DNA of 64,000 nucleotides, taken from assembly GCF_006345805.1 (NCBI RefSeq), contig NC_043000.1:8060001-8124000 (forward strand), given 5' to 3'. The DNA is from Octopus sinensis. Taxonomy: Eukaryota. Each line of letters starts with the position of its first letter. Positions within the stretch are counted from its first letter, which is position 1. The notes beneath the pieces were generated by a model that searched no databases, had not been told where the DNA came from, and worked only from the letters and a program-made list of their open reading frames with translations. Made by a program: the position numbers and the translations under genes. Shown in pieces: positions 11,119 through 24,116 of the stretch.

Positions 11119-11527
11119 GGCACAGGAGTGGCCGTGTGGTAAGTAGCTTGCTTATGAACCACATGGTTCTGGGTTCAGTCCCACTGTGTGGCACCTTGGG
11201 CATGTGTCTTCTACTATAGCCTCGGGCCGACCAAAGCCTTGTGAGTGGATTTGGTAGATGGAAACTGAAAGAAGCCCGTCATATATATGTATATATATAT
11301 GTATGTGTGTGTATATGTTTGTGTGTCTGTGTTTGTCCCCGCAACATCTCTTGACAACTGATGCTGGTATGTTTACGTTCCTGTAGCTTAGTGGTTTGGC
11401 AAAAGAGACCGATAGAATAAGTACTAGGCTTACAAAAAGAATAAGTAAGTCCTGGGGTCGATTTGCTCAACTAAAGGTGGTGCTCCAGCATGGCCACAGC
11501 CAAATAACTGAAACAAGTAAAAGAGTA
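11119..11527 (+). mobile_element. SINE family A
   Basis: Full-length match to 952-1358. Confidence 0.85.
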
Positions 11528-11679
11528 AATAAGTACTGGGATCAATTCATTTGACTGAAAATTCTTCAAAGTGGTGTCCCAGCCTGGCCACAGCCGAGGA
11601 AATGTTTAAAGTCAAATTATGAAAGATAACAGTGATATTAATGAAGGTGATAATGCTGGTGGTAGTGATGATGGTGCTG

Positions 11680-11889
11680 TTGTTGTTGTTGTTGTTAAGC
11701 AACAAGACGGGTAAGAGTGATTAGGTGATGGTCGAGGGTTTAGGGGCGGGAGACCCCAGACCTTGGAAAAAAAAACTTTGGTTGTCTTGTTGTAGTCGAG
11801 GGCTCTTCATTGACGCCCGACACCACTGGGAGGTGGCCCTCGAAGTCGCTGGAAATGGAGATCTCCAGGTCCAAGTTCTTGAATGGCTA
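11680..11889 (-). mobile_element. Second copy of the (AAC)n-tailed repeat at 3095-3308
   Basis: Reverse complement shares AAGAA(C/T)TTGGACCTGGAGATCTCCATTTCCA(G/A)CGACTTCGAGGGCCACCTCCCAGTGG onward. Confidence 0.6.
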
Positions 11890-13019
11890 GTAATGATGAT
11901 GATGATATTTGTAATGGTAATGTTGTTGTTGTTGGTGGCGTTGGCACTGGTGGTGGCATTGTTGGTAGGGTTGGTGGTGATGGTGGGGTTATGGTAATGG
12001 TGGGTGTGGTGATTAGGGAATAATGATGACATGTTAATGATGAAGATCATGATGGTAATGATGATGATAATGTTTGTGATGGTAATGTTGTTGTTGTTGT
12101 TGGTGCGATCAGTAGTGTTAGTAGTAGTGGTGGTGGTGTTGGTGATTAGGGTCTAATAATGACTATGATAGTAATGATGATGATGACGACGACGATGACG
12201 ATGATGATGGTGATGTGGTTATAGAGGTGACGATGTTGGTGGCGGAAAATCAAGGAGATGGTAAATGGTGGCGTTGCCAGAAGTGATGATGATAGTGTTG
12301 GTGTCATTGGTGGTAAAAAAAAACCCCAAAAAAACCCCACCCCAACTCCACCCAAAGAAAAAAACAAAACAAAAAAGTAAAGCAAAAAAAAAAGAGCCAA
12401 AAAAAAAAACAAGAAAAGACCATACCAAAGAGGTTAGGAAGAGAAAGGGCTTTGTGTATATTTTTGTGTATATTTTCAGAACAGTAGACTTGGAATGAGT
12501 AAACGGAAAGAGACAAAGGAACGTATAAAGTTACAAACATGATTCTGTGTCTAGCATTTCTTTTTTTTCTTTTGTACATTTTTATGTGTGGTATGAGTAA
12601 ATGCACGTGTATGTTTACATGTTGAGGTTGTATAGTAATGTAGTTCTGTAAGAGAAAAAATATATATATATATATATCGATATATATATATATTATTTTT
12701 AGCATTGCCTGAAAATGACTTAGGGGAGGGAAAGTTATCATCATCACCACCCGTGGCCCCTGGTGCCACCACGAGAGAGAGAGAGGGAGGGAGGAGAGGA
12801 AGAAAAAGTAAGAAAGAGAGAGCGTGTCTTTGTGTGTCTGAGTGTGTATGTATGTGTATACATGTGTGGATGTATGTATGTATGTATGTGCATATGCATG
12901 AATCTGTGTATGTGTGTGTATGTATGTATAAACATATGTATATATATGATGATATATATACACACACACACATATATATATATGCATATGTTTGTATGTC
13001 TGTATTGTGTATGTAAGTG

Positions 13020-13054
<35 letters not shown>

Positions 13055-14554
13055 GTGTAGTAAGAGACAAAGTAGAAGGATGTAGGCTTGATGATGGAAG
13101 GATTGTAATATGGAATTTTCTGTGTTATGTAATGTTCTGATTTGTCTCTAAGTTTTCTGTGTGATTTTACGCTTCAATCATCTCTACATTTACCTCTTTT
13201 TATATATATGTATGCGTGTGTGCATGTGTGTTTGACTATGTCTAATGGTTTAAGCTTGTGATGCATGTGTGTATGTATGTGTCTGCATATCACCATCACC
13301 TTCATTGTCATCATCATCACCATCATCATCAGTATCCTCCTCCTCCCCTTCATGCTCTTTCTTTTTCTTCTCCTCCTTCTCCTCTTCACTTCCCCCTCTT
13401 TCTACCCCTTTTTTCCCCTCTTACTCCACCTTCTCATTTCTATTTATTTTTTAAATGGGTTGGCCAGGTCTCAGTGTCTCTCCACTCATTATATTTCGTT
13501 GCTCCCCAACACATAGAACAATAGAGAAAATTGGCTGCCCTTACTCTAAATGTCATATTTTTAGCATATTTAGGGCTGGATGCCTTTCCTAAAATCAAGT
13601 ATTTTACAGCATGGAATGAATGCATTTTATTGTGTCAGTGGTATTAAAAATGATGAATGCATTCACTACTATCTCAGTCAGGGTCTTTATCCAGAGTTAT
13701 TATTTTCCGAAGTCTCTTGTGCTTTGATCTGCAGACTGTTTCCTCTCTTCATTCTTCCCTCTTGTTTTGTTTGTCATGAGTTTTATATATGGATGCCCTT
13801 TTTATAACCAACTACTTTCCAGCAAGCATTGATTGGATAATTTACTGTAGCAGATACTATTTACTGAGCCTCAGTTTTTTAATATGCTAGACCACTGGTG
13901 TTAAATTGATGTTATCAAATTAATATCCAATTTTTCACCCTCATTTTAATTTTAATTTTAAATTAATACGTTCTCAAACCAGCAAAGCCTACTGCAGTAA
14001 ATTATTTTATGCAGTATTATTTCCGGTAATTTAGTGCACCAAAACAAAGACTTTTGAAAAATAACCACAAGTGTACTAGGTAGTCCTGCATGCATATTCG
14101 ACCTCGTGTTGATGTCTGGTGTGTAGTTCTTCAAATTATATTTGTATGGACGATCATACTGAAGATCTACAGATAAACTGCATAAGTAAAATTACTTAAT
14201 TTGTTGATAGTGAAACATTGTTTATGATTAATCTATATTTTTGTTACTTTTCATTTGTCTCACTCGCTTATGTTTCTGGTGTTTACTAAATTTTCTAGAG
14301 AACAATTCTTAGTGGTAAGACCATAGCGGATCTTCTTCTAGCATAAGGGCTTCCACATAGTGGTAATTCCCTCTTATATGTATGGAATACTATTTACTGA
14401 ACCTCAGTTTTTAATATGCTAGACCACTGGTGTTAAATTTATGTTATTAAATTAATATCCAATTTTTCACCCTCATTTTAATTTTAAATATATATATATA
14501 TATATATATATATGATGATGATGATGATGATATATATATATATATATATATATA

Positions 14555-15824
14555 CGAGGGGCGTTCAATAAGTAATGCCCCTGACCCACTTGCAGTTGTT
14601 TGATCTAGCTGAAAGTTTGCATGTGCACTTATTTATACCTCTATAGATTAAGTGGCGAATTACAGCTCTGAACTAATTGTGGTTTCTGATTTACAGGTGT
14701 TTGAACTGAGTCAAGTGTGAAATGGAGCCTGTTGAGTGTCGAGCAGTGATCTGGTTTTTGTATTTGAAAGGACGCACACCACGGGAGACTTTTGATGAAA
14801 TGAAAGTAGCTTATGGTGATGATGCCCCATCATATGACCTTGTAAAACGCTGGCATTGTGAATTCAAACATAGTCGGAACTCTGTGGAAACAGCTCCCAG
14901 ATCTGGTCGCCCCCTTCTGCCGTTGATGAGACGTCTGTCCGTCAAGTTGAGGCTGCCATTTTGGAAGGTCAATGCATAACTATTCGCTAAATAACCCACG
15001 AGGTCAAGATTAGTACCGGGTCTGTGGAAACTATCATTCATGACCATTTGCATATGCAAAAGGTGTCTGCCAAATGGATTTCCAGGTTGCTCACACCTTT
15101 CCAGAAGCAAGAACACGTTGAGTGCTCGAGGATGAATTTGGAGATGTGCCAAGAAGATGAGTCAAAATTTTTCAAAAGACTGATCACACAGGATAAAACC
15201 TGGGTCCATCACTATGATCTAGAGACCAAAGCCCAGTCAATGCAGTGAAAGCACCGTGACTCACCTCCTCCAAAGAAGGCAAGGGTGCAGCCCTCCGCTG
15301 ACAAGGTTATGCTCACAGTCTTCTGGGACCTGGACGGAGTAGTGATGACAGATTTCCTGGCAAAGGGTACCACAATTACAGGAGCCTATTATGCTTCACT
15401 TTTGAGGAAATTAAGAGAAGCTATTAAAATCAAGAGGCGGGGCAAGATCAGCAAAGGCATCCTCCTCCTGCAGGACAACGCTCCGGTCCACAACTCGCGT
15501 GTCACCAGATCAGAAGCACAGGCGTGCCGCTATGAACTCCTCCCCTTGCACCCTCTGATTTTCACCTCTTCCCAGCCATGAAGTTGATTTTGAAAGGAAA
15601 GCGTTTCCCAGATGATGCAGCCTTGATTTCTGAAGTCATGTCGTGGTTGGAGGACCAAGCTGGGGTCTTCTACAAAAACGGTCTTCAGAGCTGCATCAAA
15701 CGATGGAAGAAATGCGTAACTCTGGGTAGTTCCTATGTTGGAAAAGCCTAATAACTGTGCCAAGTTTCGTTGCTCTACTGCTATGGGAAGTGGGTCAGGG
15801 GCATTACTTATTGAACGCCCCTCG
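14555..15824 (+). mobile_element. Full-length mariner transposon (1270 bp) in a (TA)n tract
   Basis: Perfect 37-bp TIRs CGAGGGGCGTTCAATAAGTAATGCCCCTGACCCACTT (14555-14591, 15788-15824), TA on both sides. Confidence 0.97.
14722..15751 (+). pseudogene. Mariner transposase, disrupted
   Basis: MEPVECRAVIWFL...RSGRP; WISRLLT (WVPHEL equivalent); ITQDKTWVHHY; LLQDNAPVH; LAPSDFHLFP; frameshift near 14915, internal stops, HPPYSPD segment missing. Confidence 0.95.
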
Positions 15825-16511
15825 TATATATATATATATATACATCATCATCATCATTTAGCATCCATTTTCCATGCTGGCATGTGCTAAATGGTTTGAC
15901 TGGGACTAATAAACCAGAGAACTGCACCAGGCTCCAGTCCAATTTTTGGCTTGCTTTCTACAGCTGGATGCCCTTCCTAACGTCAACCACTCCAGGAGTG
16001 TAATGGGTGCCTTTGACAAGTCACTGGCACATATATATATTTATTCATTATTTTAATTGACAGATTGGTAGGCATTACAAAGTGACTCAAGGGCCGAGAG
16101 TTTTGTGCATTGGCAATCCATGAAACTCGCATCCTCTTGAATCATTCTATAATTTCTGCTGATTAATAATGAGAGAAAAATGATTTTTGACCATTAGATT
16201 TATGCCATGAGTCAATTGCTTTTCTGTAATTATCTGTGTCTTGTTATGACTATTGTTTCCATGATTAATCATCTATTTTTCTAAAGGATGCTGTGCAGGA
16301 TATATTTATTATTTACTTATATTTTCCTGTCTGCTTTCATTTTGTGTTGCGTGATGGAGTATATTGTAATTGTTCCTTGTTACAAGTGTATGGTGAGCTG
16401 GCAGGAGGATGTCTTTCATGGACAGGCAATAAAACAAGTTACCAATGACTAATGTGATTTACTAATATAAAATTTGTAAACTTCTTATTCTGGTTGTTAT
16501 ATTGGTATATA

Positions 16512-17560
16512 CAGGGTATCCCAAAAGTCACTGATGGAACAGTTCTTAATTTTACGAATAAATGCATGAACTGTTGATACAATATAAAGGGCATAACAGA
16601 AATTAATAATAAGGCTGTGAACTGGCAGAAACGTCAGCACGCCGGGCGAAATGCTTAGCAGTATTTCATCTGTCTTTACATTCTGAGTTCAAATTCCACC
16701 GAGGTCGACTTTGTCTTTCATCCTTATGGGGGTCAATAAATTAAGTACCAGTTATGCACTTGGGTCAATGTAATCATTGTCCTTGTTTGTCCCCTCTATG
16801 TTCAGCCCCTTGTGGGCAATAAAGAAATAAGAAATTAATATACACAAGGACATCACTTAAATGGCAGCCATTTTCAGCTTTGCCCACCTGTGCTCTTTAC
16901 AAAACTTGCACCATAATCCCCTCAAGAGTTTCAAACCCCACTTATCTGATTTTTCTATTCATGTTCTCCTTCAGTTGCACCAGGGTCTCTGATTTGTTGA
17001 TATAAACACTCTCTTTCAGGTATCCCCACAAGAAAAAGTCCAGGCTAATCAAATCTGGGGAATGTGAAGGCCATTTGACATTGTCATAGCAGAAGATTAT
17101 TCTCTTTCCAAAGCACAGCCATAGCAGCTGCATTGTTTCTCTTGTGGTATGAGCTGTTGTTCCATCTTGCTGGAACCATGTGTGAGGTCTATTTTGAAAG
17201 ACTGGGTGCAAAAAGGATCTCAATCATGGATACCTGAAAGATGGGGTTTATGTCAACAAACTGGAGACCCTGGTACAACTGAAGGAGAAATAATAGAGAA
17301 ATCAGTGAAGTAGGGTCTGAAACTCTTTAGGGTGTTATGGTGCAAGTTTTGGAAAGAGCACGGACATTCGAAACCGAAAATGGCTGCCATTTAAGAGATG
17401 TCATTTTTCATATGTGATGTAGTGGTGTTGCAACATTTGACTTGTGCATATTAATTTCCATTATGTCCTTTATATTGTACTAAAATTTTCATGCATTTAT
17501 TTGTAAAGTTAAGGAAGTTATTAAAAACCGAAACTCATCAGTGACTTTTTGGACACCCTG
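16512..17560. mobile_element. Fold-back Tc1/mariner (DD41D, rosa-type) derivative built from two 3' ends
   Basis: TA-CAGGGT.TCC.AAAAGTCACTGATG ends; minus ORF 16942-17223 QQDG...WPSHSPDLISLDFFLWGYLK with 41 residues between the two Asp; 16850-17025 is inverted at 17225-17400. Confidence 0.9.
16609..16829 (+). mobile_element. SINE family B inserted in the left arm of the DD41D element
   Basis: 11-bp TSD AGAAATTAATA at 16598-16608 and 16830-16840. Confidence 0.85.
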
Positions 17561-17849
17561 TATATACTAGTGCCACAACCTTCCACTATCTCACTATTCA
17601 TATACAGTAATATACTTCATTACACAACACAAAGCAAAACTAAATCGAAAAAAAAACATTAGTAAACAACACATCTATACTATGTAAAATCAGCAGAACA
17701 CAATGCTATGATAAGCATATAGGTAACATACACTACTTCCAAACACTAATAAATACCCATCTAGTGACATACATCTAAAGATCAAAAGTTCAAATTCTAG
17801 TGGTAATGCTTATACCAGTCACATTGGCCCTGTCTATGATAAAGTGCAA

Positions 17850-18480
17850 CAACACATGCAAGTATCACTTCATTCAGAGGCTGAGCCTGTGAAGATCTGG
17901 AAATGTCTATGATGCATTTGAGAACTTTACTGTTTCAAATAAATTGCAAAGAGCTAACAGTAAATTGGAAGACATGTGTAGTACCCTATCAAAGGCCTTC
18001 TCCAGAACAATGGACTCTAGGTGTAGAGGCTAGCTCTACACTGTCAAAGATGGTATCAATGGTACACCATTCTTTAATTCATTGTAGTATAACATTTTTC
18101 TCTAACTTCCATAATTTTGTTGCCTACTTACTTACATCTTTCTGGAATCCCTCTCTTCCCATTCTAGCAGTCAATGAAGATACTGTTATGCCGGTCATTG
18201 ACAACAATTCCTTACTACTGACTAACATCTGTCCTACTTCAGCATGTTTTCAGCATCTCAAGGACTATATCTAATGGGACAGCTGCTTCCTCTGCTTTCA
18301 TATGCTCAAGAGCCATTATGATGATATAACTGTTGATTTCAATAACTGGTGCCTCGTTTAAGCCGATGTGGGATAATTCCATTCTTTCCTATGTGTTCTC
18401 CTCACTCAGCAACCTCTCGTAGTAATTTTTTTCTTTTTATCAGCATCAATGAAAGTAAGTGTTTCATTATCAATACTTAC
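17850..18480 (-). mobile_element. Old RTE reverse-transcriptase remnant
   Basis: Minus frames read YYERLLSEEN, MALEHMKAEEAAVPLDIVLEMLK and VLEKAFDRV, paralleling the long RTE. Confidence 0.7.
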
Positions 18481-18489
18481 ACATATATC

Positions 18490-18920
18490 AGTTGAGGCAA
18501 GTGAAAATGAAATCGAAATCAAAATCGGTGACTGGCATCCGTTGCTAGTGGAGCGCTAAGAGTACCATACGAGTGAGATCATTGCCGGAGCAACAAGCTG
18601 GACTTTGTGCCGATGGCATGTTAAAAACACCATTTGAGCATGATCGTTACCTGCGTCACCTTACTAGCACTTGTGCAGGTGGCACATAAAAAGCACCATT
18701 TGAGTGTGGCTGTTGCCAGTACCACCTAACTGGCCCTTGTGCCAGTGGCATGTAAAAGTACCCACTACACTCTCAGAGTGGTTGGCATTAGGAAGGGCAT
18801 CCAGCTGTAGAAACTCTGCCAGATTAGATTGGAGTCTGGTTCGCCAGACCTCAATCAAATCGTCCAACCCATGCTAGCATGGAAAGCGGACGTTAAACGA
18901 TGACAATGATGATGATGATA
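18490..18920 (+). mobile_element. 5'-truncated RTE 3' UTR
   Basis: Same 3' UTR with subrepeats and GAT tail. Confidence 0.85.
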
Positions 18921-19445
18921 TCACTAACAATATATTATGATTAATATTAACTCATTGCTTAGACATCTAGATTATCTTATATATATGATTTTTTTCCTTT
19001 CTAAAAGTCCCAAACAATGCAATAAGCCAGAGTGAAAGGGACTATGAAGAAGGAGAAATTAAACGAAAGAAATGAATTTACCTTAGACTTGAAAGAGTTC
19101 AGATAATAAGAAGGGAAAAAAACAATGCGATGGAAAAGGGATCCAAAGTCTAGCAATTTGAGGGGAAAAGGCTATGACCATAGCAAAACTTCTTTATTTG
19201 TGGAAGCAAAACAGCATTTAGAGGAAGTCACTGTGAGTTCTGAGTCAGGTAAGATGACACAAAGTGAACTAAGTGGGAAAGTTAATTAGAGCACTTCTAG
19301 TGGGAGTAACGATAAAGAAGACTAAGATTGGTGAAGGGTTAAAGAGTTCAAACAAGAAATCATCAATGAGCATTTTGTATTTTACTTCTCTTTTTACTAC
19401 ATGTACCTCATGGCCACAGTCAAATGACTGAAACATGTAAAAGAA

Positions 19446-20879
19446 TCTCTTATTATAAAAGGCAGATTTTATCTGCCTCCCTTTGTCTCTTATAGAAATC
19501 TACAATATAGGATTTCTTCAATTACAATTTACCTAGCATTTTTAAGAGTAGAATGCATCGGGTCATGCCAGGTACAGTTTTTCAAATTTCACCCCCAATT
19601 AAGCAAAATTTCGAGAAAACTCACTTTGTGGTGTGTAAGTGAAGTGCTTTTCTTAGTGTGGGCTACAGCACACACACACACAACGGAGCGAACTGCTTCA
19701 CTCATGCTATCACCCTAATTTCTCCTCCTTTCTCTTTGCAAGTGTGCAACGATTAAAGTGAAAGTATTTATATAAAACGGATGAACTGCTTCACTCATAC
19801 TTTCTCTTTGCAAGTGTACCTTAAACCACTACTCAAAAAATAAAAAGCACAGCAAACAGAAACAAATAAATACATAACGATTTACTCCTCACACAATTTC
19901 TTCAATTAGAGTTTACCTATAATTTTTCAAAGTACTTCCATTCGGTCATGGCATACAAAATTTCTTTCAATTTCACCCCCATTTCAGAAAAAATTCGAGA
20001 AAACTAAATATTTTACCATTTCACTTCAAAGCCTTTACTCTGCATATTACTCCCACTTCCTCTTTACACACATACACACGCAAATATATAAATAAAATTG
20101 TAAGCTAACATGTGTGTGTGTGTGCATGTGTGTGAGTATGTGTGTGTGTGCGTGTGTGTGTGAGGGTGCGTACTGGTTTTCAGTTCATATTAATCAAATT
20201 AATATTCACAACAAGAAGGACTATTCATTATAATACATCAGTTCCACACATTTACCCTGGTTCCATTTCGGACAACTGCACAAACATTTGCCATTTCACA
20301 CATGTATGTAAACAAATTCATTTCTTAAAAATTTCAATTCATTTTCTTTTTCAATTCATACAAAGTTTTTTAGGACGAATATAAGATCTAAAGTATATCC
20401 AAGTAGCAGAAAGATCGCCCAAAAGTGTATATAGATATTTAAATGTATTTATATATTCATCTATACACAGATGTATGTATAATGTGTGTGTATATATTTC
20501 CATAGACGAAACCATTCACTCCGCACAAAGGTTTTTTAGGACGAAAATAAGATCTAAAGTTATCTCTAAGTAGCAGAAAGATCGCCCAAAAGTGTATATA
20601 GATATATAAATGTATTTATATATTCATCTATGCACACATGTATGTATAACGTGTGTGTATATATTTCCATAGAGGTAACCATTCACTCCATACAAAGTTT
20701 TTTAGGACGAAAATAAGATCTAAAGTTATCTCTAAGAAACAGAAAGATCGCCCAAAAGTGTATATAGATATTTAAATGTATTTATATATTCATCTATACA
20801 CACATGTATGTATAATGTGTGTGTATATATTTCCATAGAGGTAACCATTCAATCCATACAAAGTTTTTTTGGACGAAAA
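19446..20879 (+). mobile_element. Helitron-like 5' segment with internal repeats
   Basis: Starts A|TCTCTTATTATAAAAGG, similar to the Helitron 5' end at 20880; hairpin GGCAGAT-TTT-ATCTGCC at 19461-19477; diverged internal direct repeats; no own CTAG end seen. Confidence 0.5.
20357..20879 (+). repeat. Tandem repeat, about 166-bp unit, 3.1 copies
   Basis: CATACAAAG-like starts at 20357, 20522, 20689, 20855. Confidence 0.9.
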
Positions 20880-21729
20880 TCTTTATATATATAAAAGAAA
20901 GGTTGTGTGATTGTCTACTCCGATTTAGATTCCTAACTACTCCCACATTTTGCGATGCAGTTTAACCAAAACCGGGTATCTTATAGTCGTGATTCATATC
21001 GAGCCCTTCTGGGTATTAGCGCGTGTCTACGATGAGTCTACGATTTTACAAATAATTTACCATAATTTTTTTCCATTTTAATGCATATTTTTTTAAAATA
21101 AAGGGAAGTAACTCTCAAACTTCACACCAATATGCGTGCTCATATGCGACGTAATATCACATCAGCAGCATTTCCTCACACCCTCCTTGCACTTGGCGAA
21201 GGCAAAATACCAGGGGATGAAAATGGTAATATTGCCATCGATTCCATTTGTACCATTGTTAAGACGCCTTCTGATCTCAGAGATGCAGTGTTCCCAGATC
21301 TACAAGCTAATTATCAGAATATGGATTGGATTGGCAAAAAGGCTATACTGGCCCCGACGAATAAAACTGTTCACCATATTAATGATGAAATGCTAAAACT
21401 CATTCCTGGGGAAGTCTATGTATATCAGTCTATCGATACAACTCCTGACCCAGAGGACGTCATCAACTATCCAATAGAGGTACTCAATTCCTTTGAGCAC
21501 CCCGGACTACCACCACACATTCTCAAACTTAAAGTTGGTGCCCCTATAATGCTCATCAGAAATTTGGTTCCCCCAAAACAATGCAATGGCACACGTTTGA
21601 TCGTTAAGTCCTTATCTCCCACAGTAAACTTATATCAATATTTGCCTGAATAATCATCATAATTCAGTGCAATCATTAACAGTACTTTCAAGCAATTCAG
21701 CCCCGAGCAACGCCGGGAAATTCTGCTAG
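20880..21729 (+). mobile_element. Non-autonomous Helitron (850 bp)
   Basis: A|TC 5' end (TCTTTATATATATAAAAG); 3' hairpin CCCGAGCAACGCCGGG (21702-21717) then CTAG|T. Confidence 0.92.
21132..21653 (+). CDS. Open fragment of Helitron PIF1-type helicase
   Basis: AILAPTNKTVHHIN, YPIEVLNSFEHPGLPPHILKLKVGAPIMLIRNL, CNGTRLIV motifs; 173 codons without a stop. Confidence 0.85.
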   Translation: MRAHMRRNITSAAFPHTLLALGEGKIPGDENGNIAIDSICTIVKTPSDLRDAVFPDLQANYQNMDWIGKKAILAPTNKTVHHINDEMLKLIPGEVYVYQSIDTTPDPEDVINYPIEVLNSFEHPGLPPHILKLKVGAPIMLIRNLVPPKQCNGTRLIVKSLSPTVNLYQYLPE

Positions 21730-22349
21730 TAGAAAAATAAAAGAATGTCTAACTTCACTTCTAGTTGCTGGGTATAGTTCCTTGCCCCTTATTTGCCTCA
21801 AATCTCTCCAAGTTTCTGTCTTGTCTTTTATGACTCCATCAATCATACCAGTCAACTACCATGCTACCTTCCATCTTACTGGAACTTTCTCCATTCACAG
21901 TCATTTCACATCTGAGAAGGCTCTCTCTCTCTCTCCCTCTTCTCAGCATAAACATCGCCAAATACTTCTTTTAAATCTGTGTTTAACCAAAGAATCTTTC
22001 AGGTTCCATCATCATTATCATCATCGTTCTTCTCATCGTTGTCTTCATCATCATCATCATCATCGTCATCGTCATCGCTGTCATTGTTGTCATCATTGTC
22101 ATCGTCGTCGTCGTCGTTGTTATCATCATCATTGTTGTCATCATCATCATCATTATTGTCACCACAATGTGGCAGATTTTCTACACTTGGTTGCCCATAG
22201 TGTTGCTAACATTCACTTGTTTCCAAGCACAGTAATATTTCTCCATAGTTAGACATGTTTTTGTGGAAGATTGGAAATGAAGACTTGTATGAAAGTGATA
22301 CACACACACGCACACACACACATACACACACACACACACATACATACAT

Positions 22350-22380
<31 letters not shown>

Positions 22381-22800
22381 TACATACATACACACACACA
22401 CACATACATACATACATACATACATATTGTGGACTCCCCTCTCATCCATTACAGATGAAGTGTTCCACCATTTCTTGCTGGATAAACATCCTGCAAGAAT
22501 GATTTGTATATAGAGATCAAATGTTTGTGCTGTGCATTAATAACCAGCACAAATGATTTGTTAAAGTGATCAAATGTCTATGTTGCACACTCCCTCCTCC
22601 AAATCGATATTGCCTGTTCAGATTTATGGTGTGCCACTTGTCAGATGTTAGAAGTGATTATAGGGCAATTTCAAATGAAGTGCTTTGCTTGAAAACACAA
22701 TGTACCATCCATTCTGAATATTGAAACCTCAATCTTGCTATCAGGAATGCAACAGCCTGACCACTTGGCTGTGTATATAAATACATATAAACTTATATAT

Positions 22801-23216
22801 ACTCTTTTACTCTTTTATTTGTTTCAGTCATTTGACTGTGGCCATGCTGTAGCACTGCCTTTCGTCGAGCAAATCGACCCCAGGACTTATTCTTCAGAAG
22901 CCTAGTACTTATTCTATCGGTCACTTTTGCAGAACTGCTAAGTTACAGGGACATAAACACACCACCATCGGTTGTCAAACGATGTTGGGGGACAAACACA
23001 GACACACAAACATATACACACACATACACATATACATATATATACATATATACAATGGGCTTCTTTCAGTTTCTGTCTACCAAATCCACTCACAAGGCTT
23101 TGGTCAGCCCGAAGCTATAGTAGAAGATACTTGCCCAAGGTGCCACACAGTGGGACTGAACCCAGAACCATGTGGTTCGTAAGCAAGCTACTTACCACAC
23201 AGCCACTCCTACACCT
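22801..23216 (-). mobile_element. SINE family A
   Basis: Reverse-complement match. Confidence 0.85.
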
Positions 23217-23229
23217 ACATATATATTTT

Positions 23230-23732
23230 TTTTACTTGTTTCAGTCAATTGACTGTGGCCATGCTGGTGCACCACCTTGAAGGGTTTTAGTCGAACAAAT
23301 CAAACCCAGGTGTTATTATTTGTTAAGCCCAGTATTTATTCTATTGGTCTCTTTTGTTGAAGCACTAAGTTACAGGGATGTAAACATACTAACACCAGTT
23401 GTCAAGTGGTGATGCGGGGGACAAACACAGACACACACACATATACATATACACACACACACACATACACAAACACACACACACATATACATATACACAC
23501 ACACACACATACACAAACACACACACACATATACATATACACACACACATACACAAACACACACACACATATATATGATGAGCTTCTTTCAGTTTCTGTC
23601 TACCAAATCAACTCACAAGTTTTTTTAGTTGGCCCATGGCTACAGTAGAAGACACTTACCCATGCAGTGGGACTGAACATGGAACCATGCAGTTGGGAAG
23701 CCAGCTCCTTACTGCACACCCATGCCTGCACC
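23230..23732 (-). mobile_element. SINE family A with expanded CA tract
   Basis: Reverse-complement match. Confidence 0.8.
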
Positions 23733-24082
23733 TATATGTATAAACATATGCACACACAGACTGTCATTTGTATAGTAAAGATATTGATTTTATCCTTTAC
23801 TCTATTAACAAAAGCATTATTAAAGTTTGTGAAAGAAAAAGACACTCATATGCATATTGGTTTCAAATTTTAACATAGGGCCAGCAATTCTGAAGAGGGG
23901 CTAAGTCGATTACATTGACCCCAGTGTCCAACTGGTACTTATTTTATTGACATGGAAAGGCTGAAAGAGGCAAAGTTGACTACGGCGGAATTTGAACTCA
24001 GAACATAAAGACAGCCTGCTTGCCCATTAAGACATACTGATGTACATATGCATATGTGTGCGCATATGTGTATGTGAGAGTA

Positions 24083-24116
<34 letters not shown>

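Noticed and set aside
12470-12542. TTTTCAG acceptor followed by NSRLGMSKRKETKERIKLQT-stop
   Set aside because: Short, no recognisable homology and no supporting neighbouring exon
14155-14200. CTGAAGA-TCTACAGA-TAAAC resembling a hammerhead
   Set aside because: G12 missing, 2-nt loop stem and no stem I pairing
20357-20879. CRISPR-like or satellite array
   Set aside because: Head-to-tail 166-bp units with no unique spacers, in a eukaryotic context
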